Notes under the pieces: generated by a model
The model's database searches: none
Seen by the model: only the letters and a program-made list of their open reading frames with translations
Told to the model about the DNA's origin: nothing
Translations under genes and position numbers: made by a program
Assembly: GCA_951406725.2 (NCBI GenBank)
Contig: OX597820.1
Location: 16,306,001-16,370,000, forward strand
DNA: 64,000 nt
Reading direction: 5' to 3'
Source: Octopus vulgaris
Lineage: Eukaryota
Shown: positions 27,250-40,081 of the stretch, piece by piece
How positions within the stretch are numbered: the first letter of the stretch is position 1
Layout: each line of letters opens with the position of its first letter

Positions 27250-28660
27250 AATATGCGTTCAGGACAAAGAACAGGTGGGGCGGGGAGTTGATTGCAAAAA
27301 TCAGGGAGCAGCCATTTGAGAGCCTTCTCTTTAACAACGCAGTACCCGCAAAAGCTATCAAGAAGGCCGTCGACACTGAGACTATGTTGAATCTGACTAA
27401 TTATCTCAAACAATTGTAGTTTATCAGGTAGTTTTCAGGTGTGATATTATCAGTATGACCTTTTGCCAATGTTCTTATGACCACATCTGGTGCGTGAGAT
27501 AAAGGTGCTGTGCATGAGAAGGAATACGTTGTAAAGTTCCCGCGTGAGCCGTTTGGTGTCTTGTCACATGTTCAAGGATTGGCTTGTATTGTATATGCTA
27601 CACAGACCCCAGCTGCTTTTAATATCGTTGGTGGTTGTGGTAAGTTCAATGCGTAAAAGCTCACTGCGACATGAAGCAGCGGGTTTCGATGTATAGTGTC
27701 AGGTCACTTGTGAGGTCTCTCATGAGTGTTACAGGTAACATGGAATCCAGAACGGCTAAACCGGCACGCCTACTAGGTTTGTTCGGTGAGGAGGATTGCT
27801 AGAAACCCAGCAGGACTAAAAACAAGATCTGTCAAAGGGACAAGTGGACCCAGTGTAGGTCCAACGACTATCTACCAATAGGAGGGACCCTCAGAAATTC
27901 CAAGTTGGTGTCCAGTGTGATAGAAGGACAAGTGGACCCAGTGCAGGTCCAACAACTGAGGAGGGGCCCTCAGAAATTCCAAGTTGGTGTCCAGTGTGAT
28001 AGAAGGACAAGAGGACCCAGTGCAGGTCCAACGACTGAGGAGGGGCCCTCAGAAATTCCAAGTTGGTGTCCAGTGTGATAGAAGGACAAGTGGACCCAGT
28101 GTAGGTCCAACGACTGAGGAGGGGCCCTCAGAAATTCCAAGTTGGTGTCCAGTGTGATAGAAGGACAAGTGGACCCAGTGCAGGTCCAACAACTGAGGAG
28201 GGGCCCTCAGAAATTCCAAGTTGGTGTCCAGTGTGATAGAAGACCACTGGGAGTGAGGCGCCCCTTAGTTTTTTTGTTAAAGCATGTCTCAATTCTGATA
28301 ACCAGCAGTGACTCGATCAGCGAATTCTCTGCGATGGTTGACAATCAACAGGGAGATGGACTGCGATGGATCACACTATTCCAAAGTGTGTATCCATGTG
28401 ACCACGGGCCACATGTAAACATGTATTCTTACAGAAACTCCGGAGGTGACTCGTTGGTCTGAGCCAACTCCACTCACCCTGGAGGGATAGTGCCACAAGT
28501 ACAAACAAGTGCAAGTGTTCGATGTACTTCATTGTGTATGCGGAATGAGAGGATTGGGCGCAGCTGTCTGGGCGCTTTATATTTGGCGCGGCTGACTGGA
28601 CATTGAGCCTGTTTTGACGACAGTACTTTTGGGCACTGGAGACAAACTGGCACTCAATCG
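27250..28660 (-). mobile_element. Highly decayed coding-like segment, possibly a CRE/R2-group non-LTR retrotransposon remnant
   Basis: Higher GC than flanks; fragmentary minus-strand peptides TLQRIPSHAQ and EKALKWLL recall the region upstream of RT in CRE elements; no intact ORF. Confidence 0.25.
27835..28243. repeat. 79-bp tandem repeat, four full copies plus a diverged partial copy
   Basis: gaaggacaag starts at 27923, 28002, 28081 and 28160. Confidence 0.95.
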
Positions 28661-28675
28661 GTTAGGAGGAAGAGT

Positions 28676-28990
28676 GTTCCGGTTGATCTGATCGACGGAA
28701 CAGCCTGCTCGTGAAATTAACGTGTAAGTGGCTGAGCGCTCCACAGACACGTGAACCCTTAACGTAGTTCTCGGGGAGATTCAGTCGCATAACATAGAAT
28801 GTGACAAAGCTGAGCCTTTGATATTACAGGTAGAACTCACTTTTGCCAGCTGAGTGGACTGGAGCAATGTGAAATAAAGTATTTGCTCAAGGACACAACA
28901 CGCTGCCGGGTATGGAACTCGTGACTTTACGATCGTGAGTCGAACACCCTAACCACTGAGCTAACCACTGAGCTAACCACATGCCTTCAC
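28676..28990 (-). mobile_element. tRNA-head SINE with CORE-like segment and a distinct tail
   Basis: Head gctcagtggttagggtgttcgactcacgatcg; core ttgctccagtccactcagctgg; tail cacgttaatttcacgagcagg. Confidence 0.75.
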
Positions 28991-29027
28991 ACATATACTG
29001 ACACGTACGCGCAAAAACATAAGCATA

Positions 29028-29071
<44 letters not shown>

Positions 29072-29477
29072 GAGAGATGGGAGAGAAAGAGAGAGTGTGA
29101 GAGGAGAGAGGGAAAGCGAAAGAAAGATGGAGAGAGAAAGAGAGAGGGGAGAGAGGAAGAGAAAGGGAGAGAGAGAGAGGTAAAGAGATCGAGAGAAACA
29201 TAAAACGTGAGAAACATTAAAACGTCTAACATCAAATAAGTCGGCTTCGAATCAGCGGCGCCAAACAGATGACGCCAAAACGGCTGTGCCAAAGAGTTTC
29301 ATATCCTTGTGCGTGAAATCTTGCCAATCATGTTGACTGGAAGGAAATAGAAGGTGAGAAAGTCTATTAGGAGGACGGGGACACCCTGAGATTGAAAGGG
29401 TCTCGAGGATTGCACTGGAACAAATAAATAGACCATTGGAATCACAATCTCAGGGTGTCCCCGTCCTCCTAATAGAC

Positions 29478-29838
29478 TTTCGTATACTGGTAGAATGTGT
29501 TTATAAAACATCTTTTTCTCTTGGCTTTATTGAGAAAATTCTATAGTTTGTAAGATATTTGCTGTTTTTTTTTTCTTCAATTTCTGCAATTTCAACCAAT
29601 CAATGACGTCTATTGAGTTAAAAAGCATTCTGTGCCGTATGAATATGTCCCTCGTTTAAGAAACAGATTGGGTTTATTTACATTTTGAAGAAAAAAAGAT
29701 ACCCTTCCCCTACCCCTAATCCTAACCCTAACCCTAAAAGAGACTGAAATGCAATAAATCGATACTAGGGTCATAATTATGGGTGACAATTTCATATGAC
29801 ACCGCTAGAAAGAACTGCCGTTCAAACCGAAAAGATCC
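29478..29838 (-). mobile_element. Truncated copy of the Merlin-like MITE at 30973-31394
   Basis: Reverse complement of 30973-31330, retaining one TIR (ttcaaaccgaaaagatcc). Confidence 0.85.
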
Positions 29839-30599
29839 TAAAGTCGTGTTAAACATGATTCCACACGAATATGCTTTATTTAAGGCTGCTTCGTGCAAAA
29901 CTATGCAAACACACATACACAAACACACACAGACATACACACGCATGTACACACACAAGCACACACACATAAGCACACACGAATGCAAACACACACACAA
30001 ACACAGACACACAGAGAACACAGTCACACAGAGAACACAGACTCACAACACATGCTCGCGCACAAATATAAACATGGACATACACGCACACACACACACA
30101 AAAGGAAACACACACATATACAAACACACACATGTACACACACGCAAATACACACACAAATACACACACACATACTGACAGACAAACACAGACATACAAA
30201 CACACTCTCGCAAACACACCTACACACACATACACACAAACACACACTCGCAGGCACACTCGCAAACACATGCACACACACATACACACAAACACTTACA
30301 TACAAGCACACATAAACACAGACAGGCACATCACATACACACGTACACGTACTCAAGCACGCACACACTCACAGACACACACATACACATTCACTTATAA
30401 AATGAAACAGGTGACAGGTGTTAAAAAAGCCGGCAGGTGGATTACAAATTCGTGTTAATTGGAAAGCGATCTCAAATATCGTTATTTCGAATCAATCATA
30501 GATGAAATTCGTTTTTGGTGTGGGCGAGGCTGGAGGTCCTTGTTTGTCCTTAAGTAACTAAAACAAAACATGGCTGCATAATGAATGCCATTTTTATTT

Positions 30600-30905
30600 T
30601 TATTTTTATGCGCCCTTTTTCAAACCTAGCTAGGCTCATGGGCCCGGTTTCCAGGTTTCTGTGGCGTATGTGTTCTCCCCTGCTGGGCGGGACACCAGTC
30701 CATCGCAGAGTTACTCAAGAAACAGGAAGAGAGAGCGAGAGAAAGTTGGGGCGAAAGAGTACAGCAGGGGTCGCCACCACTCTCTGCTCGTGGAGTTTTA
30801 GGTGTTTTCGCTCAATGAACACACACAACGCCCGGTCTGGGAATCGAAACCACGATCCTACGACCGCGAGTCCGCTGCCCTAATCACTGGGCCATTGCAC
30901 CTCCA
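30600..30905 (-). mobile_element. tRNA-derived SINE (OR-like family)
   Basis: Head gaggtgcaatggcccagtgattagggcagcggactcgcggtcgtagg..ggtttcgattccc; copies at 37062-37360, 50630-50848 and 57655-57962. Confidence 0.85.
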
Positions 30906-30972
30906 CCCAGGGTTTTCATAGATGTTGGTAATGGGCGACATGATATTAGGAAACACTCTTGGGCAATAGTGA

Positions 30973-31394
30973 GGATCTTTTCGGTTTGAATGGCAGTTTT
31001 TTCTAGCGGTGTCATATGAAATTGTCACCCATAATTATGACCCTAGTATCGATCTATTGCATTTCAATCTGTTTTAGGGTTAGGATTAGGGTTAGGGGTG
31101 GGGGAAAGGGTATCTTTTTTTCTTCACAAATGTAAATAAAGCCAATCTGTTTCTTAAACGAGGGACATATTCATACGGCACAGAATGTTTTTTTTACCTC
31201 AATAGACGTCAGTGATTGGTTGAAATTGCAGAAATTGAAGAAAAACCAACAAATATCTTACAAACTATAGAATTTTCTCAATAAAGCCAAGAGAAAAAGA
31301 TGTTTTATAAACACATTCTTCTAGTATACGAAGTTTAAAATTTTTAGTTACCTAGAAATTATGTTAAAAACTACCGTTCAAACCGAAAAGATCC
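30973..31394. mobile_element. Merlin-like MITE
   Basis: TIR GGATCTTTTCGGTTTGAA at both ends, 8-bp TSD aatagtga/aatagtgg, internal TTAGGG-like repeats. Confidence 0.75.
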
Positions 31395-31631
31395 AATAGT
31401 GGCGCTATTTGTTGTTGTTGATGTTGTTTTTTAGCCTTCGGTGAACAGAACCATGGCTAAACATAGCCACGTACCGGCGTATCTGTGTGGTAAAGAAGCT
31501 TGCTTCCCAAACACATGGTTGTGGGTTCAGTTCCTCTACGTGTTACCTTGGTCAAAAGTATTTTACTACAGCTCTTGGCCGGCCAAAACCATGAGAATGG
31601 ATTTAGTAGACGAAAACTTAAAGAAGCCCGT

Positions 31632-31676
<45 letters not shown>

Positions 31677-31678
<2 letters not shown>

Positions 31679-31960
31679 AAGCGTGGATTAGTGGTTAGGA
31701 TGTTGCACTCACGATCGCGTGACCGTGGTTTCGTTTCCGTGATCGGGCAGTGACTTGAGTTCTTGAGCAAAACACTTCATCTCACGTTGCTTTGCGATCA
31801 CTTCAACACTTTACGTGTCTTACTCTGTGCAGATTTTCAGGCAACATGGATTTGATGGAGGGAGCAAGCTAATGCACAGCAAACATATCAGATCACTACA
31901 AACAAATCGTTTGAGCCGGTTGTTCAGCCAATAAATTGCAGAAGCATCTTTCTCGAGATT
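31677..31960 (+). mobile_element. Diverged tRNA/CORE-like SINE
   Basis: gcgtggattagtggttaggatgttgcactcacgatcg..ttcttgagcaaaacacttcatctcacgttgc. Confidence 0.7.
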
Positions 31961-32127
31961 GCGAGAGACTACCACCATCATCATGAAGGTATGCTTCTTT
32001 TTTTCTTTGAGATTTAAGTTCTTAAGAGAGTTCAAAGCGACAAGAGATTTTGAGTTTAAAAACCTGCCTGTGTTTGTAAATATGTGGTTGAGCCGGTGGG
32101 GTACTTGAACTGTCTATTCAACTAAAG

Positions 32128-32897
32128 TAGTGGTTCTCAACCTGGGACCTGTATAGCCCCTGGAGGTCTACACAAGGAAAATAATAAACTGGGTCCACAG
32201 TAATATTTTCAGAATCCATGAAAAAATGTCACTTTGGATGTATCTATAGCAAAACGAAAAAAGAAACAGCTAAGACTCTTTCTCTAATGTTTTAAACAAT
32301 TCAGTCTACGTAAGTTAATGTGTGAAAAACAAAATAAGAATTTTGGAAGAAGCATCTCCGAGGTTGAGTCAAAAAGTAATACCATTTTGTTTAGGACAGG
32401 TATAATTACCAACACAGGAACATGTATCATACATCAAAATGAAGCTGATCCTCTGTGGATCACATCCCTACATCTCAACATAGTCACCGTTTCTCTCAAT
32501 AGCAATGTTCCATCTTTGAATGAGAGCATGTATCCCTGCCCCGTAAAAATTCTGTGGACTGTTCTTTGGGTCAATTCTTCACTACAGTTTTCACTTCCTC
32601 GTCACTGGAATAATGTTTACCTCTCAAACCCTCTTTCATGGGGCCGAAGATATGATAGTCTGAAGGCGCTAAATTATGTTGAGAAGTAGGGATGTGATCC
32701 ACAAAGAACCAGCTTCATTTTGATGTATGATACATGTTCCTGAGTTGGTAACTATACCTGTCCTAAACAAAATGACATTAATGTTTGACTCACCTTCGTA
32801 TAAAATTCGATTTTACACATCGAATGACTTTGGTGGTCCACCAGAATAGAACAGCAATCCAAGGAGTCCATAGGCAAAAAATGCTTGAGAACCACTG
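32128..32897. mobile_element. hAT (Charlie-like) MITE containing a nested mariner MITE
   Basis: Ends tagtggttctcaa / ttgagaaccactg. Confidence 0.7.
32359..32798. mobile_element. Mariner-derived MITE with about 125-bp inverted arms
   Basis: cgaggttgagtcaaaa..ctcaacata versus tatgttgag..tttgactcaccttcg-TA. Confidence 0.85.
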
Positions 32898-32922
32898 ATC
32901 AAAGGAATCTCAGATGGAGTAT

Positions 32923-33226
32923 CTTTGTTCGTTCCTTCTCAAGCCATGCCTGGTTCATTAGGGCCGGTTTCCCGGTTTCCTTGGCGTATAGGTTCCCCGC
33001 CTGGACGAGACGCCGGTCCGTCGAAGTAAGCTACAAGATGCAGGAAGAATGAGTAAGAGAAAGTTGTGGCGAAAGAGTCAGCAGAAGTTCGCCATTACCT
33101 TCTGCCGGAGCCGCGTGGAGCTTAGGTGCTTCGCTCATAAACACACACATCGCCCGGTCTGAGATTAGAACCCGCGATACCTCGACCGCGAGTCCACTGC
33201 TCTAACCACTAAGCCATGTGCCTCCA
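32923..33226 (-). mobile_element. OR-like SINE subfamily 2
   Basis: Homologous to 43934-44204 (-) and 47862-48165 (+). Confidence 0.85.
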
Positions 33227-33385
33227 CTATCTTTTGAATTTCTTAGAAATCTTCACTGTGCCGCTAATAGACCGGATTTGGAGCGGGCGCGTCAGTTTCT
33301 TTTGCTCTTGTTGAAAAAGCCTAGTGTCTCTAAATTTTTGTGTAAATTTGTATAATATGCATGTATGCAGGTATGTTTGTTTGTA

Positions 33386-33601
33386 CGAGGGGTTGCTGAA
33401 AAATTCCTCGTTTTAAAGATTTCGCGAAAGGCTTGGCTGGAGTTCTTTTACCAGTTCTTTTAAGGGGGTTAGATAATCTGAAGGACCACTACAGTAACTT
33501 TGTGAATCTCAGAGCGGAATATGTTGAACGAAATCATAATTAAAAGATTCTCCTGTATTTTTCTTTTACCTAAAGCCAAGAAACTGTTTAGCATCCATTC
33601 G
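33386..33601. mobile_element. Mariner-type MITE
   Basis: TA-cgaggggttgctgaaaaattcc ... gaaactgtttagcatccattcg-TA imperfect TIRs. Confidence 0.6.
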
Positions 33602-34740
33602 TATGTATGTATGCATGTATGTATGTATGTATGTATGTATGTATGTATGTATGTATGTATGTATGTATGTATGTATGTATGTATGTATGTATGAATGCAT
33701 GTATGTATGTATGTATGTATGTATGTATGTATGTATGTATGTATGTATGTATGTATGTATGTATGTATGTATGTATGTATGTATGTATGTATGTATGTAT
33801 GTATGTATGTATGTATGTATGTATGTATGTATGTATGTATGTATGTATGTATGTATGTATGTATGTATGTATGTATGTATGTATGCATGCATGTATGTAT
33901 GTATGTATGTATGTATGTATGCATGTATGTATGTATGTATGCATGTATGTATGCATGCATGTATGTATGTATGTATGTATGTATGTATGTATGTATGTAT
34001 GTATGTATGTATGAATGTATGTATGTATGTATGTATGAATGTATGTATGTATGTATGTATGTATGCATGTATGTATGCATGTATGTATGTATGTATGTAT
34101 TCATGCATGCATGTATGTATGTGTGCATGTATGTATGCATGTATGTATGTATGTATGTATGTATGTATGTGTGTATGTATGTATGCATGCATGTATGTAT
34201 GTATGTATGCATGTATGTATGTATGTATGTATGTATGTATCTATGTATGTATGTATGTATGCATGTATGTATGTATTCATGTATGTATGTATGCATGCAT
34301 GTATGTATGTTTGTATTCATGTGTGTATGTATGTGTGTGTGTATGTATGTATGTATGTATGTATGTATGTGTGTGTGTATGTATGTATGTATGTATGTGT
34401 GTATGTATGTATGCATGTATGTATGTATACATGCATGTATGTATGTCTGTATGCATGTATGTATGCATGTTGTATGTATGTATGTATGTATGTATGTATG
34501 CATGTATGTATGTATGCATACATGTATGTATGTATGTATGTGTGTGTATGTATGTATTTATGTATGTATGTATATATATATGTATGTATGTATGTATGTA
34601 TGCATATATGTATGTATTTATGTATGTATGTATATATATATGTATGTATGTATGTATGCATGTATGCATATATGCATGTATGTATGCATGTATGTATGTA
34701 ATATATGTATGTATGTATTGCGTGCGTGCGTGTGTGTGTG
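33601..34740. repeat. Long (TATG)n microsatellite
   Basis: Direct inspection. Confidence 0.99.
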
Positions 34741-35312
34741 TTGCGCGTATACATACACACATACATACATACATTTATACATAATTGTGGTGACCTTACC
34801 AAGTATTAGAGAACCATTTTCGTAGAATCGCACGGACATACATTCTCAATGTATCTGAGGCACACACACACACACACATGCACGTGCTCGTGAGAGGGTG
34901 TGCGTGCGTGTCCGCCAAGTGCGTCTGCATGTGAGTATGTGTGTGTATGTGTGTGTATGTGTATGTGTGTATGCGTGTATGCTGGTGTGTGTGCGTGTGT
35001 GTATGTGTGTGTGTGTGCGTGCATGTGTGTGTGTGTGTGTTTGTTGCTGTCACAAACAAAGGCCTGCAGTTTTGAATGCAGTTGATTGCAGCAATAAAGA
35101 TCGTGTTCTTGAGAGTATCTCCAAATATGATTCAATGAATTTGCGGGGGGTGTGGCTGGTTTGTGTGTGTGTGTGTGCGTGTGTGTGTGTGTATGTGTGT
35201 GTGTGTGCGCGCGTGTGTGTATGTATATATGTGTGTGTGTGTGTGTGTGTGTATGTGTGTGTTATTCTCATGATAGGACCAATTAACTATCACTGTTGTA
35301 CGTTGTCATAGC

Positions 35313-35640
35313 GAAGAAGAAGAAGAAGAAGAAGAAGAAGAAGAAGAAGGAGAAGGAAGAGGAGGAGAAGAAGAAGAAGAAGAAGAAGAAGAAGAAGAAG
35401 AAGAAGAAGAAGAAGAAGAAGAAGAAGAAGGGGAATGGAAGGAGGTGGGGGAGTGTTGGCGGAGAGGAGGTGGAGAGGAGGGGGTGGGGGCAGATAATAG
35501 CTTCGACAAAGAGATATTAGATTTAGATCCTGTTTAGAATGAATAAAAAGGGCGGAAGAAAAACGAATGAATGAATGAATGGAAGAAAGAAAGAAAGAAA
35601 GAAAAAAAGAAAGAAAGAAAGGAAGAAAGAAAAGGTGGGG
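35313..35640. repeat. (GAA)n and (GAAA)n purine tracts
   Basis: Direct inspection. Confidence 0.97.
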
Positions 35641-35829
35641 AGGAAGGACAGAGGCCGATGAACAAACAAGAATACATACAAACATACAAACATACAAACA
35701 TATACACACCTACATGAACATGAACGCACACACAGACATAAATCACACATTCACATTTTGCGAGCGGTATTTGAGGACATATTTGTTAATTTAATGAAAC
35801 AACTCTAATCTAGCAAAAACCAGATGTAT

Positions 35830-36453
35830 ACTCTCTTTTCACTCTTTTACTTGTTTCAGTCATTTGACTGCGGCCATGCTGGAGCACTAACTTTTAGTCG
35901 AGCAAATATGGGACCAGAATGAAAATCCTCTTTCAGATGAAATCAAGGGATTTAGAAATGATCCAAGACCTTACCCATCTGCCAAATGGAGTGGCGCTGC
36001 GCATCCTACTTGCATGCAAAAGGCCAAGATTCCTCAAATCGACCCCAGGACTTATTCTTTGTAAGCCTAGTACTTATTCTATCGGTCTCGTTTTTGCCGA
36101 ACCGCTAAGTTACGGGGATGTAAACACACCAGCATCGGTTGCCAAGCGATGAGAGGCATTGGTGTCGGGAAGACCCAAAGGTGTCAGGTAATGCTGAGTA
36201 AGTGCTATGGACAGACTATAGTTAAGCTCCAGGTTCGATAATGATACGAATGAGGAGTCCAACGTAGGTCGTGTATTTGCATTTGTATATATAAAAATTA
36301 ACAGAATTAGCTGTTCGGCAAAAAGAGACCGATAGAATAAGTAATAGGCTTGCAAAGAATAAGTTCTGGAGTCTTATTTGTTCGATTAAAACGCTTCAAG
36401 GTGGTGCTCCAGCATGGCCGCAATCAAATGACTGAAACAAATAAAAGAATACA

Positions 36454-36509
<56 letters not shown>

Positions 36510-36865
36510 CGCAGACGCGGCTGTGTGGAAAGAAGTTTGCTTCCCAATCACAAGTGTTTTCTACTAAAGCGTCGGAAACTGAAAGAAGCCCTTGATGTAT
36601 GTATACGTGCGTGTGCGTGTATGCTTGTATGTGTGTGTATGTGCTGTGCATGTCTGTGTCTGCTCCCCAACTAACACCGCTTGCCAACCGGTGTTTGTGT
36701 GTTTACGTCCCAATACCTTAGCGATTCTGCAAAATGGTAACCGAGAGAAGAACTATCAGGCTTACAGAAAATAAGTACTGGGATTGATTCGTCCGACTAA
36801 AAATTCTTCAAGGCAATGCCCCAGCATGGACGCAGTTTAATGACTGAAACAAGTAAATGATAAAA
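35830..36865. mobile_element. Cluster of family K SINE fragments in both orientations
   Basis: Tail on - at 35830-36150 (with an insertion), tail on + at 36310-36450, diverged copy on + at 36505-36865. Confidence 0.8.
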
Positions 36866-37013
36866 GATTATATATATATATATATATATATTTAAAATAA
36901 TAAGGGTGAAAAATTGAATCTGTGGCTTAGCATATGAATATAAATATATATATATTATATATATATATATATATTTATATTCATGTGCTAAGCCACAGAT
37001 GAATATTTTCATA

Positions 37014-37061
<48 letters not shown>

Positions 37062-37065
<4 letters not shown>

Positions 37066-37360
37066 CGTGATCACCGTGACCGACCAGGCTATCAGATGTT
37101 GCTACACGTCGCTGGTCACAATGCGCTATGCATTGTTTTAGCCTTCAAATGACGCCACCCCGCTGGCTAAGCGAGCAGGCCGACAGAAGAAAGAGTGAGA
37201 GAAAGTTGTGGCAAAAGAGTACAGCAGGGATCGCCACCACCCCCTGCCGGAGCCTCGTGGAGCTTTAGGTGTTTTCGCTCAATAAACACTCACAACGCCT
37301 GGTCTAGGAATCGAAACCGCGATCCTACGACCGCGAGTCCGCTGCCCTAACCACTGGGCC
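37062..37360 (-). mobile_element. OR-like SINE with alternative tail
   Basis: Same head as 30600-30905, but the tail ends ggtcggtcacggtgatcacggtgat. Confidence 0.85.
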
Positions 37361-37759
37361 ATATATATTATGCCTTACTTCGCATAATACTAACGGAATG
37401 CAACACAACTGCGGTATTCATCTTCAGAAATATCTTGTATAGTTTAAAAAGCACAGGAGTGTCGATAGCAGACGGAAAATGCCCAGCAGCGTTGGTGAAT
37501 TTTGCTAGATCACGTGATTTCCACATCATCGACAGCAAGTATCACCGCACACCTAGACAAATTCACCCTCGAGTGATATATATAGTGAAATGGTGATTAA
37601 TCAGTCACTGGTGTTTCAAATAGCTAGAGGGCTGCATAAACAATCGTTATTAGCAACGGGAAATATACAGATTGCTGAAAAGCAATCTGTATTTATTCGG
37701 TATTAATACTGCTTTTATTGCTAATAATGAGTATTCGCCATGTTAGACAACAGAACTCA

Positions 37760-37925
37760 ACACGCTTTTTTTTCTCATTATTTTCTCTATTATTTTTCTC
37801 TATTTATTTCCTCTTATTCCTTTCTGCCGAAGAGCGTAGGATCGAAATGTAAAAGATTTTCCATTTTTCCCGAGCGTTACACTAATACTCTTGCTTGTTG
37901 ATCCTACATCTGTCTATGTCTTTTC
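37760..37925 (+). mobile_element. Family A hammerhead-like element (decayed)
   Basis: cttt-CTGCCGA-a-gagc-gtag-gatc-GAAA-tg-TA-aaag plus the shared tail. Confidence 0.6.
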
Positions 37926-38605
37926 TTCCATTCACCGTTTTCTATCTGTCTCTCTCTCTCTCTCCCACTTTCTCCTTTACTCTCTCTCTCTCTCTCTCTC
38001 TCGTTGCTCACACGTGACTATCGTACATCTTTCTTTTCCTCACATGGTCATCTTTCTTTTCCTTTAGTCTGTCGCACAGACCAGACATATTCTTATTTTC
38101 TCCTATCTTTTCTCTTGTCAAAGAATTCCTCCAGCGTTCGCTACCTTACCTCGTCTGGCCTGACGGCCCCCCATGTTCGTTTTCGTTTGGTTTGTTTATG
38201 TCTCCACTGTCCTGTTTTTGTTACCAATTTGACCCTCCGCAAATCCCAAATTTTATTTTGGTTCACAGGAGCAACTACCTTTCGAAACCTCATTTTGTCG
38301 TTCAATGCTCGAAACGAGGAGTAGCAGGAGAGCCGACAACTGATGAAGGGTCGTTCTTTATGTTACTTGTCTTGTTTTCCATTTGTTTCTCTCGTTGTTC
38401 GCATACCGAAGCTTGTCTTCGTATTTCATGTTTTTTACGTTTTGTGACGTCCTGTACCCATATATGCAAATATGTATGCATTTATATGTATGTACATATA
38501 TGTATGTATATATGCATATATATTTTTTTTTATTTACATTATTAGATGATTGAACGCACTCATCCATTTCCAAGTAAAGTTATCTATCTATCTATCAATC
38601 CACCC

Positions 38606-38680
<75 letters not shown>

Positions 38681-38699
38681 CATCCATCCATCTATCCTC

Positions 38700-38974
<275 letters not shown>

Positions 38975-39449
38975 TGCTGGTTGTGGTGGTCCAGGTGGTC
39001 GTCATGGTGATGGTTGTGATTGTGGCTGAGGTCGTGGTGGTGTTGGCGATGGAGGTGACGCGCCAGCGATGACTATAGTTAAATCTAAGTAACTGAACAA
39101 CCAATGAAATCCACAGATCCCTGTTCAAGGAAGCAAAACTGTGGTTGTTGCTGTTGTTGGCTTTGAATGGTGTTCATTCATTCGTTAATTTTTACCTTAA
39201 TTTTACCTCTCTCTTTTGTACGCATGTATGCATGCATGTATGTATATATGTATTGTATGTACGTATATATGCTTGCATATGTGTATATATATATATGTAT
39301 ATATATGTGTATATGTGTATATATGTATGTATCTATGTATGCATGTATGCACGTGTATGGGTACATACATGCTTATACCTGCACTTTTATCTGCTTGGAG
39401 TTTATCTATGTGTATATATGTATGAATATATCAATGTGTGTATATATAT

Positions 39450-39661
39450 AGGGTGGTACCAAAATTAGGTTTACAGATATTCAACTATCTCTTTCGCATT
39501 CCTATATTAACAGTTTAGGTCTTAATTATAAGAAAAATATGAAACCATTATTCTATACTAATTTAGTTAATTGAAAGATAGAAATTTAAAAGTAATAAAA
39601 TGCATTAAAAGAAATCTAAAGCGCCTAAGTGATAACTGTAAACCTACTTTTGTGCCACCTG
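39450..39661. mobile_element. Tc1/mariner-type MITE
   Basis: agggtggtaccaaaattaggtttacag / ctgtaaacctacttttgtgccacctg. Confidence 0.65.
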
Positions 39662-39915
39662 CCAATTAGTTTTTTTTTTTTTTTTTTTTCAATTGAATTG
39701 GATTTTGCCTCGCAACTCGAGTTTCACGCTATTGAAGGTCGCCGTAAAGTGAAACTTGTATGACGGAAACAGAAATTCGTCTAAAGACCTACCTAAAAGC
39801 GTGGTGATGTGGATTTGACTTACGTAACCTCCTTCCTCAGCCTTTTCCAATTTTTTGCTCTCGCTCGCTCTGTCTTTCTCTCTCTTTCTCCTTCTCTCTT
39901 TCTTTCTTTTCTGTA

Positions 39916-39948
<33 letters not shown>

Positions 39949-40018
39949 TTTTCTCTCTGTCTCTGTCTGTTTGTCTCTTTCCCTCTCTCTCTCTCTCTTT
40001 CCCTTTCTCTCTCTTTCC

Positions 40019-40081
<63 letters not shown>

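Noticed and set aside
27950-28230. CTGAGGA...GAAA in each 79-bp unit as a hammerhead
   Set aside because: CTGAGG pairs with the downstream CCTCAG, helix II cannot close next to GAAA, and stem I is out of register.
31073-31100. Interstitial telomere (TTAGGG-like repeats, also 29710-29736)
   Set aside because: Only 3-4 imperfect units, and they are an internal part of the Merlin-like MITE in both copies.
35290-35709. Poly-Leu/Lys/Ser ORFs
   Set aside because: Translation of (GAA)n and (GAAA)n tracts.
37365-37430. Further weak hammerhead-like strings (here on the minus strand; also about 16710, 24565, 58690 and 59970)
   Set aside because: Core or GAAA mismatches combined with poor stems make them indistinguishable from chance by eye.
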